A DNA stretch of 33,548 bases from Deltaproteobacteria bacterium (GCA_030654105.1 JAURYC010000137.1:1-33548), one strand, 5' to 3'; positions 26,634 through 33,548 are shown, numbered from the stretch's first letter. The notes: a model not told the origin generated them from the letters alone. Translations and numbers: made by a program.

Positions 26634-26689
26634 CTTCCCCCACCCCACCCTCTCCCCCGATTGCGGGGGAGAGGGTGGGGTGAGGGGGG
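26634..26689. repeat. Very stable C-tract/G-tract hairpin (18 perfect bp, extendable to about 24) in the argH leader
   Basis: CACCCCACCCTCTCCCCC (26641-26658), loop GATTGC, then GGGGGAGAGGGTGGGGTG (26665-26682). Outer CCC/GGG pairs extend the stem. Confidence 0.9.
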
Positions 26690-26704
26690 TTAACTTGATA
26701 TTTT

Positions 26705-26730
26705 TCTGCGTGGATCTGCGAAAATCTGCG
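26705..26730 (+). repeat. Three TCTGCG direct repeats with exact 10-bp phasing
   Basis: TCTGCG occurs at 26705-26710, 26715-26720 and 26725-26730, ending 20 nt upstream of the argH ATG. Confidence 0.85.
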
Positions 26731-26749
26731 TCCCAAGTAAGGTTGTTTT

Positions 26750-28252
26750 ATGAAAATCAAAAAACTTTGGGGTAAGAGATTGGCCAAAGAGCCCGCGGCT
26801 ATCGCGGAGGTTTTTACCTCTGGAAGAGATGTCCGCGGAATGGCACCCGCTGATGAGCGATTGGTCCCCTATGATATTTGGGGCAGCAGGGCCCATGTTC
26901 TCATGCTGGCCAGGAAAGAAATTTTACCGAAGCCTGTGGCCAGGGTTCTGATCAAAGGTTTAGGAGAGATAGAAAATGCCCGGGAGAAAGGGAAATTTTT
27001 TCTTGACCCATCCGAAGAAGACGTGCACAGCAACGTGGAGAGTTGGCTGATTAAAAAATTTGGTTTAAAAGTTGGCGGGCGACTCCATACGGCCCGCAGC
27101 CGCAACGACCAGATCGCCCTGGACATGCGCCTTTACCTTAGGGACAACGCTCTAAACTTTTTGTCCGAACTCACTTCTCTTATAAAGGTCCTCCTCGATC
27201 ATGCTCAAAAGCAACGAAGCACCATTTTCCCCGGTTATACGCACCATCAACCCGCTCAAATAACCACCTTAGGCCATGTATGGCTCTCTTTCGCCGAATC
27301 ATTGAACAGGGATGGGCAGCGTTTTCAAGACTGGTATGAACGTTTCAACCAAAACCCTCTCGGTTCCATGACCGGGTACGGCACGAGTTTCGCCATCGAC
27401 CGCAATCTTACCTCCAAGCTGCTGGGGTTCGACAACCCTTGCCCCAATTCTCTGGACCCGATTCAGAACCGTTGGGAACCGGAAGCGGAAATGGGGTTTG
27501 CCATTGCCGCCATGATGAATCATTTAAGCTCCCTGGCGCAGACTCTTATCCTTTTTAGCACAGGAGAGTTTGGCATGTTCAGACTGGATGACGCCTACTG
27601 CACGGGAAGTTCGATGATGCCGCAAAAGCGCAATCCAGACCCCTTGGAGGTAATCAAGGCGAAAGCGGCAAGTGCGCAAGGCCTGTTGGTCAGCCTACTG
27701 TCTATCGGCCGGTCCCTCTTTCTGGGCTATAACCGCGATACCCAGTGGACCAAATATTTGATTATGGATTTGATTGATGAATGCCTTGCCGTCCCCCGGA
27801 TCATGGGGGAAATCATTGGTTCCTTACGTATTCATAAGGATAAAATAGCCGTCCTCTGCCAGAAGGGATTTATCACCGCGCCGGACCTTTTGGAGAGATT
27901 GGTTCAAGACTGGGGACTACCTTTTCGGCAGGCCAAAGTGGCGGTGGAAAAGGCCGTGAAATATTCCGAAGCTGAAGGGGGGGAGCAAATCTCTCCTTCC
28001 GCCTTACAGCGGTCGTTGCAAGAGGAAGGCCTCAGGCTGAAGATGGAGCAAAGATTTATTCCCATGGCCCAGGATCCGAAATTGATCGTCTCGCGGAGGA
28101 AAGCCATTGGCGGGACTTCCCTTCAGGCTCTGGGAAGAAATATCACAAGCCTAACGCATTCCCTACAAGTTTCCAGCCGGTGGCTCGCGCAGAAAAAGAA
28201 ACAGCAAGCGATGGCTAAAACCCGTCTGGCTGAGATGGAACGGGATCTTTAA
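26750..28252 (+). CDS. argH: Argininosuccinate lyase
   Basis: Fumarate-lyase superfamily motifs TARSRNDQ, GYTHHQPAQ and the signature GSSMMPQKRNPD. About 40 aa longer at the C-terminus than typical ArgH. Confidence 0.93.
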   Translation: MKIKKLWGKRLAKEPAAIAEVFTSGRDVRGMAPADERLVPYDIWGSRAHVLMLARKEILPKPVARVLIKGLGEIENAREKGKFFLDPSEEDVHSNVESWLIKKFGLKVGGRLHTARSRNDQIALDMRLYLRDNALNFLSELTSLIKVLLDHAQKQRSTIFPGYTHHQPAQITTLGHVWLSFAESLNRDGQRFQDWYERFNQNPLGSMTGYGTSFAIDRNLTSKLLGFDNPCPNSLDPIQNRWEPEAEMGFAIAAMMNHLSSLAQTLILFSTGEFGMFRLDDAYCTGSSMMPQKRNPDPLEVIKAKAASAQGLLVSLLSIGRSLFLGYNRDTQWTKYLIMDLIDECLAVPRIMGEIIGSLRIHKDKIAVLCQKGFITAPDLLERLVQDWGLPFRQAKVAVEKAVKYSEAEGGEQISPSALQRSLQEEGLRLKMEQRFIPMAQDPKLIVSRRKAIGGTSLQALGRNITSLTHSLQVSSRWLAQKKKQQAMAKTRLAEMERDL

Positions 28253-28386
28253 CTTATACTCTCAGAAAAGGTGAAATGGGGTCAGGGAATTGTAGTAAAG
28301 GGGGACATTCGTGCAGAACGTGCATAGCTTATGGTCTGCTATTCACCATAACGGATTCGCCAATCGTCCCCTTTCCCACGATAGTT

Positions 28387-28563
28387 TCAGGTGATTTTAT
28401 CTTTGATTATCTCCTGATTCGAATTTGCTTTTACCGCGTAATAGCATTGCACCCGTTCCAGGTTTTTCTTAAAAATCCGATAATTTTCCTTTATTTTGTT
28501 GTGGTCAAGTATGAATAAAGGAGTTCCGTGATCTTCTGCTAATTTAAGAAGTTTGTCTTTCAT
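28387..28563 (-). pseudogene. N-terminal remnant of an Orn/Lys/Arg (group IV, alanine-racemase-fold) PLP-dependent decarboxylase
   Basis: My own translation (below the 60-aa track cutoff): MKDKLLKLAEDHGTPLFILDHNKIKENYRIFKKNLERVQCYYAVKANSNQEIIKDKIT*. It has the GTPLxxxD start and the YAVKAN PLP-lysine motif, then stops at 58 aa. No other frame continues the fold. AGGAAAA SD; 18 nt downstream of the DHS-like gene. Confidence 0.6.
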
Positions 28564-28581
28564 TTCTATTTTCCTATATTT

Positions 28582-29838
28582 TTAAGCAGACAGCTTTTTA
28601 ATGAGATTTTTCAGGTGTTGCACTTCTCGATTATTTTCAAGATATGACTTCATCAGCTTTTTATGCAGTTCCGGTCCTCGGTGATACAATTTTTTTTGCT
28701 TTTTGGGTCGGGTGGTCTGCTTCACATAGGCAACCATCAGTGGAAAGGCCACGGTGACATCAAGATAAGCCGTTACGGTTTCTTCTAATTTTGTGGGATC
28801 GATCTTGCCCCAGCTTGCTGCTTCGCTTGGCGGGGCCCCTGATAAACCTCCCGTGTCTGGTCTGGCATCGGTTATATTGATATCATAATCCTGACCTACT
28901 TCCGGGATCATGAGCACTTCCTGAATTTGCGGCTCGGTCTGGAGCATGAAGTTTTTCGGGCTGCCACCGCCGATCAAGATAACCCCAGTTTTTCCATGTT
29001 CATATCGCTTGGCGTTTAATATTATGGCTGTTGAATCATTGACATCAATGCTCGGGTTTATTTTCAGCTTAAATAAATGCTGCAGGCCCGCTGCCTCGGT
29101 TAAAAGCTCTAAACCGGCTACATTCATTCCAATGGTTGAATCTCCGGGGGACGATGTAAAAACAGGGATCCCGTTTCTGTAGGCTGCGGCAATAATACTT
29201 ACCTCTCCCAGATGATTTTTCTCCTCGAATTCATTCATGACTTTCCCAAGGTGATGATAAAATTCCCGGGTTCCCATTTCTTTCTGAAATTCAGGTCGTA
29301 CCAGTATTCTTCTTAATCTTCTATCCGTTTCCATTAAAACATCTTCATAATCGAACAGGATATCGTAGATTCTGGTTACGCCTTTTTTTCTCAAATCAGC
29401 GTCATCAACAACATGGCTGCCTCGATGCAACGGTAAATTGAAGGCAAAATGCAGATCGTGATACATATTTGCGCCTGTCGCGCTTATCCAATCAACAAAA
29501 CCGTGATTCATCAGAGGAATTACTGCGGAAAGCCCTAATCCGGCGGGGGTTAATGCACCTGCCAAGCTTAATCCCACGGTAACATCCTCTTGGGAATATT
29601 TATCTCTTAATAAATGGCAGGCAGCTCTCAATCTTCCGCCATTATAAGCATCCATGTTGTCTATTAATTTTACTATATCTGTATCTCCAGAAATTGGCTC
29701 TGGAAGAATTCTTTTCCCTGTGAGATATTTTTTTTTACCTGGACAAGTTGATTTTTTGTTTTTCATCTTTTTTTCTTTCCGGACCGCCATTTCTTTCCGG
29801 AATTCTTCTGCGATCAATTCCCTTTTATACTTTTCCAT
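28582..29838 (-). CDS. Deoxyhypusine synthase-like (homospermidine-synthase-like) protein
   Basis: DHS-family pattern: ...IVKLIDNMDAYNGGRLRAACHLL..., SLAGALTPAGLG, GANMYHDLH, IGGGSPKNF, SEAASWGKI. The start is uncertain (ATG 29838, 29790 or 29766). The track ORF start at 29901 overlaps the upstream gene by 77 nt. Confidence 0.72.
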   Translation of the reverse strand: MEKYKRELIAEEFRKEMAVRKEKKMKNKKSTCPGKKKYLTGKRILPEPISGDTDIVKLIDNMDAYNGGRLRAACHLLRDKYSQEDVTVGLSLAGALTPAGLGLSAVIPLMNHGFVDWISATGANMYHDLHFAFNLPLHRGSHVVDDADLRKKGVTRIYDILFDYEDVLMETDRRLRRILVRPEFQKEMGTREFYHHLGKVMNEFEEKNHLGEVSIIAAAYRNGIPVFTSSPGDSTIGMNVAGLELLTEAAGLQHLFKLKINPSIDVNDSTAIILNAKRYEHGKTGVILIGGGSPKNFMLQTEPQIQEVLMIPEVGQDYDINITDARPDTGGLSGAPPSEAASWGKIDPTKLEETVTAYLDVTVAFPLMVAYVKQTTRPKKQKKLYHRGPELHKKLMKSYLENNREVQHLKNLIKKLSA

Positions 29839-31339
29839 ACTCGGCTTTAACTTTCTCCCGGTCAATGGACCCGTCCTGGGATTTGGGTAGAGCCGGAACA
29901 AACTCTACATATTTTGGTTTTTTAAAACGGGCAATACGCGTGGCCACGAAGTCAATTAACCCTTGTTTGGTTAGAGAGCTTCCACCTTTTAAGACACACA
30001 CCGCCTTGATGGCTTCACCCCATTCTGGGTCACTTACCCCGATGACCGAAACTTCGGCCACTTCCGGATTCTCCAGGATGACTTTCTCTACTTCTGCGGG
30101 GTAGACATTCTCTCCTCCGGGTTTGATGAGTTCCTTTTCGGCTTTCCTTTTCACGTACCATAGGTATCCATTTTCGTCTAACCTCCCGATGTCTCCGGTG
30201 TGATGCCAACCTTCGCGGAAGGTGTAACGGTTATCTTCCTCAAGGTTCCAATATCCCAAAAAAACCAGGGGTCCACGAACACAGATTTCTCCTGGCTTTC
30301 CGGCTTCTACTTCGCGGTCATGCTCATCTACCAATTTTATTTTAACCAAAGGGCCCTCTTTGCCGGCAGAGCCTGGTTTCTCGGTATAGGGACAGACAGT
30401 AACCATGCCGGAGGTCTCAGACTGGCCGAACCCGATCCAGAATTCAGCCTTCGTTTTTTGCTTTAATTTCTCTATGTTAGCAGGATGATCGATACCGGCC
30501 ACGTGTTTTAAGGAAGATATGTCATAATTTTTGCCTTCTAATTTCTCAAGGAGCATTCCCAGCATGGGAGGGAATTCGCCAATGGTCGTAATTCTCTCTT
30601 TTTCTATAAGTTGCAAGGCAAGTTCCGGGTCGAATTTTGGCATTATGACGTTTTTTCCTCCGGCATGCATGATCGAAAAAGCCAGAGCCAGGTCGGCAAT
30701 GTGAAACAAAGGAAGAAGGTGTAGGTAGGAGTCTTCTTCCCTTATCCCTACAGTAGCAATGTGCTGGATATTGGAAGCAATGATATTTCCTTGGGATAAA
30801 GTAGCTCCCCGTGGTTTCCCAGCTACGGCTGCCGTGTGAATGATTAAATAAGGATCGGTTTGAAGGATATCGACTTCCCCCATTGAACCTTCTTCTTCCA
30901 GGAAGGAGGAAAAAGGCGTGAAACCAGATTCCTTTTCTCCCATAGTAATTAACCATTCGATATAATTCATTTTTTTAGAAAATTCTTTAGCCATCATCTT
31001 ATACTCCGGACCTACAAAGAAAACGCGGGGGCGTCCGTCTGACAGGATATATTCGATTTCTTGAGGAGTGAGACGCCAGTTAATCGGAAGCATGATGGCC
31101 CCAAGTTTGGCTGCGGCGCCGTAAAGGAGGACGAACTCGTAGCAATTTTGGGAAAGAACTCCCAGGCGATCTCCTTTGCTAAGGCCTAATTTTTTAAGTC
31201 CGTAGGTTAAGCGATTTATTTCCGCCAAGAATTGTTGAAAGGTAACCCGGCGACGATCAAAGACCCAAGCCTCGCGGTTGCCAAAAAGGCGGGCATTCCG
31301 GACGATCGCGTCATAGATTGTAAAATCTCTTAAACCCAT
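29825..31339 (-). CDS. AMP-dependent acyl-CoA synthetase/ligase (ANL superfamily)
   Basis: 504 aa. P-loop-equivalent IIHTAAVAGKPRGATLS (diverged from TSGTTGxPKG), GFGQSETSG, GWHHTGDIGRLDENGYLWYVKRKAEKELIKPGGENVYPAEVE and a terminal PKSQDGSIDREK lysine motif. Confidence 0.85.
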   Translation of the reverse strand: MGLRDFTIYDAIVRNARLFGNREAWVFDRRRVTFQQFLAEINRLTYGLKKLGLSKGDRLGVLSQNCYEFVLLYGAAAKLGAIMLPINWRLTPQEIEYILSDGRPRVFFVGPEYKMMAKEFSKKMNYIEWLITMGEKESGFTPFSSFLEEEGSMGEVDILQTDPYLIIHTAAVAGKPRGATLSQGNIIASNIQHIATVGIREEDSYLHLLPLFHIADLALAFSIMHAGGKNVIMPKFDPELALQLIEKERITTIGEFPPMLGMLLEKLEGKNYDISSLKHVAGIDHPANIEKLKQKTKAEFWIGFGQSETSGMVTVCPYTEKPGSAGKEGPLVKIKLVDEHDREVEAGKPGEICVRGPLVFLGYWNLEEDNRYTFREGWHHTGDIGRLDENGYLWYVKRKAEKELIKPGGENVYPAEVEKVILENPEVAEVSVIGVSDPEWGEAIKAVCVLKGGSSLTKQGLIDFVATRIARFKKPKYVEFVPALPKSQDGSIDREKVKAEYGKV

Positions 31340-31482
31340 GGTTCCCTCCCATTTTTTTTATGAAGTAGAGTTTTTTAGGAAAGAAAACACCCCGATTTAG
31401 GCATAATCAGGGTTTTTCTGGGATGCGGTTGAATTTAACGGCCTAAATTTTTACTGATCCCGCAGCTAAATCTGATTTTAGG

Positions 31483-32862
31483 TTATTTTTTTAAAAATTC
31501 CCAGTTTTTGACGAATCCGTTCTCAAGATAAACGTAGGCTTTAGGAAAAGGTTTCTTTCCGTAAACCCATTGTTCGTGAATCCCCATTAAGGTCCTGGTT
31601 GTATTAACGTGTTCCGGTCGTCCCCAAGTTAATACAACCTGTTCAGGAGTGAACCCCACGCGGATGAACCCGCGAAGAATGTCATTTTGAATCTTAATGG
31701 GCCAGAGGGTGTTGCGGAGATTTTTCAAGAGATCGATCATTTCATCCATATTTTTATCGGCACGGCGAATTCCATCCCGCTCCTCCACCCAACCGATTAT
31801 TTTTTCAATATATTCAGTATTTACTTCATAAATGACTTCGTAGAAATGGGGTTTATGGGGAGGAGAAGCTTTTTTTCCCGTGAATTGAATTTCCTCCACA
31901 TTCAACTTTAACGGTTTGACACTATTGATTTTAGGCAGGTCGCCAGGATAGACCCAGGCCAGTAATTTGTTCTTAACCCAAAAAGATTTTTCTTCAGGTG
32001 TCCAGCCAATCTTTTTCCCCTTATTGGATATGATCCGCTCGCTCAGAACAACCTGATGCCAGGGCATTCCGTTTTCGTCTCTTTTGGAGTTAATGACATC
32101 GAATATATCGTATTTTTTAACTCTGGCTTGTATTTTTGAGTTATTTTTGGCTGCCTCATACACGTTGGTATCTTTCATAACTAAAAAAATTCCGCTTTCG
32201 GTGACTTTTGGTGGAAGCGGTGGAGGTACTTCTTTTTCCTTTTCCCCAGCTTTGTAAGCTTTGATTTTACGCTCTTCTTCAATTTTTCTGCGTTGGTCCT
32301 CCTCAATCCTGCGCAGACGTTCTTCCTCAGCCCTGCGCATTTCTTCTTCGATCTGGCGCTTCCTTTGTTCCGCGAGCTTCTTTTTAAATTCGATCTCGGT
32401 CACAATTCGATCCCGCTCACTTAAGGCCGCGACCATTTCTTTTTCAAGCCGTTTTCTTTCTTCGATTATGTTCTTTTTTAGTTCTTCTACCTGGGAATGT
32501 TCTTCCCGCACCTTTTGTTCCCAACAAGCCCATATCCGTTTCCGATCATCGGCTGAAAGCTTTTTCTCCACCTGGGTATCGAGGAGGGGCTGAAGGCTTA
32601 CTAAAACACGGTTTTTTTCTGGCTCATCAACAAAATTATAAATTCGGTTGGCGCATAAATAGACCAGCCGAAGGGAGTATCCTCCATCTTTTAAGAGAAA
32701 ATAGTCGCTTATCCCTTCTTTGGCAAAAACTTCTTGAACGGCCGGAGGAGGATTTTGGAGATCAAGTAAGAGGGCACTGGTTCGGGGTTTGGACGCACAG
32801 GCCAGAGTGGTCAAAAACAAAAGCAGGGCAAAGAGAAAGAAGAACCTTTTTTCTCCCATCAT
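31483..32862 (-). CDS. Predicted lipoprotein with a charged coiled-coil region, an SH3b-like segment and a small C-terminal beta domain
   Basis: Start placed at ATG 32862 (MMGEKRFFFLFALLLFLTTLAC|AS = signal peptide plus lipobox L-A-C), with AAAGGA upstream. A Glu/Arg/Lys-rich stretch of about 90 aa (...RKRQIEEEMRRAEEERLRRIEEDQRRKIEEERK...). No catalytic motif recognised. Confidence 0.6.
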   Translation of the reverse strand: MMGEKRFFFLFALLLFLTTLACASKPRTSALLLDLQNPPPAVQEVFAKEGISDYFLLKDGGYSLRLVYLCANRIYNFVDEPEKNRVLVSLQPLLDTQVEKKLSADDRKRIWACWEQKVREEHSQVEELKKNIIEERKRLEKEMVAALSERDRIVTEIEFKKKLAEQRKRQIEEEMRRAEEERLRRIEEDQRRKIEEERKIKAYKAGEKEKEVPPPLPPKVTESGIFLVMKDTNVYEAAKNNSKIQARVKKYDIFDVINSKRDENGMPWHQVVLSERIISNKGKKIGWTPEEKSFWVKNKLLAWVYPGDLPKINSVKPLKLNVEEIQFTGKKASPPHKPHFYEVIYEVNTEYIEKIIGWVEERDGIRRADKNMDEMIDLLKNLRNTLWPIKIQNDILRGFIRVGFTPEQVVLTWGRPEHVNTTRTLMGIHEQWVYGKKPFPKAYVYLENGFVKNWEFLKK

Positions 32863-33357
32863 CGAGACGATCCTTTTGCTGCCTTCTTTTTGGGCAGAGC
32901 CGCCCATGGCTTTGGACGATGGGTGATCCTCTTGCCCATTTTCAAGTTGAGAAATCGGGTTCTTTTTTTCATCGAAGAACGAAAAAGCTAAAAATTTGCT
33001 GAAAATATAACAAAATGGCAAAAGAAAGTCAATTTTCTTTCCGACATTTTACAAGCCTTCGGTTTTGAAAATACCTTCTATTTGTGTGAACCGAATCGAA
33101 GGGCGGCGAGGTTAAACGAGCTCGCCCACCCCCAGTTTTGAAGATTGGCCCTATCTCCCAGTTGGGGTGCCGGTTCGGGCAGGGAGGTCCCGCCCTTGGC
33201 GGGATTGGTCAAATAAGGCAGTGGTTATTTCATGGTCGGGAGCGGGCTTATGCCGTTTCAGCGGGCGAAGTCTTCCAATCCGCTTTCTCTTTTCGGAGAC
33301 AAGATCGGCAGGTGGATGGGTAAGGTTCTCCCGCCGGGTCCGGGAAGAGGCTGCCCG

Positions 33358-33544
33358 GCTCGGACGGGAGGGTGAATCTCTCGGGAGCACAAGGCGGTAA
33401 TCCTTTCAATGGACAGGGCGGGGCTGCCGCCGAGAATGCTCTCCCTTCCTTCGATCCCGCCTTCCTTGGCGGAAGGCAAGCACGGCTCCGCAACAGATCT
33501 TTTTCCCGCCGGTGCGCCCTCTTTCATCACCCTCCCGTCCGAGC
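33358..33544. repeat. Perfect 18-nt inverted repeat enclosing 151 nt of GC-rich sequence, at the window edge
   Basis: GCTCGGACGGGAGGGTGA (33358-33375) pairs with TCACCCTCCCGTCCGAGC (33527-33544). Further GGG/CCC, CAC/GTG and GGCGG/CCGCC pairings lie just inside. Confidence 0.85.
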
Positions 33545-33548
33545 TCCG

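Noticed and set aside
28276-28518. 80-aa plus-strand ORF downstream of argH.
   Set aside because: It is antisense to the decarboxylase remnant, whose YAVKAN-containing translation is far more convincing. The plus-strand ORF has no SD and is Phe/Ile-rich shadow sequence.
33138-33530. Five mutually overlapping 61-90-aa ORFs on both strands at the right edge.
   Set aside because: All frames are open because of the high GC content. The translations are Arg/Pro/Gly/Ser-rich with no motifs. The region is dominated by inverted repeats, so it is treated as non-coding structure rather than CDS.
33358-33544. Partial resemblance to riboswitch or SRP RNA strings: AGGGTGA...ACCGGCGG (FMN-like), GGGAG..GGCGGTAATCC (cobalamin-like) and GAAGGAAGGGAG (SRP domain IV-like).
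   Set aside because: The core conserved elements are missing: the B12 box GCCACTG, the FMN GGGUGAAAUUCCC hairpin, and the SRP GUCAGGUCCGGAAGGAAGCAGC with its GNRA-closed helix. The resemblances are short, and such strings are easy to find in GC-rich sequence.
1-33548. Search for CRISPR arrays, transposase/integrase genes, toxin-antitoxin pairs or known defence-system genes.
   Set aside because: No regularly spaced repeat array is present; the only tandem repeats have 2-3 copies of 9-10 nt. No ORF shows transposase, recombinase, nuclease-helicase or other defence-type motifs. The window reads as core chromosome.

Overview
The window reads as an ordinary chromosomal segment of a bacterium, probably an anaerobe. 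It carries about 32 protein-coding genes at high coding density. I recognised no rRNA, tRNA, CRISPR array, transposase, integrase or defence gene.

Gene content, left to right:
- 469-9802: an acyl-CoA/biotin-carboxylase locus. On the minus strand it holds an enolase-superfamily dehydratase, a D-2-hydroxyacid dehydrogenase, a crotonase, a BKACE/DUF849 enzyme and two paralogous carboxyltransferases. A minimal BCCP and a biotin carboxylase are transcribed divergently.
- 9854-11162: a sensor-less histidine kinase and a FlgM-like anti-sigma factor.
- 11508-17238: the conserved ffh-rpsP-KH-rimM-trmD-rplS-rnhB-yraN housekeeping block, followed by an atypical Nudix gene.
- 17374-19387: a 3-hydroxyacyl-CoA dehydrogenase and dnaJ.
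- 19610-26352: a minus-strand run of HAD-IIA phosphatase, glpA, glpB, glpC, a PiT phosphate transporter and a PhoU-like DUF47 protein.
- 26750-33021: argH, a remnant of an Orn/Lys/Arg decarboxylase, a deoxyhypusine-synthase-like gene, an acyl-CoA synthetase and a large lipoprotein.

The best candidate for undescribed biology is the split four-component biotin carboxylase with two divergent carboxyltransferase paralogs, operonic with a BKACE enzyme and a crotonase. It has a structured divergent control region. I cannot assign this gene combination to a characterised pathway.

Secondary items are non-coding structures:
- a very stable G/C-tract hairpin and phased repeats in the argH leader;
- inverted repeats in the carboxylase control region and at the glpB/glpC junction;
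- GC-rich structured segments at both window edges.

All calls come from reading motifs in the supplied translations and sequence. No database search was run.
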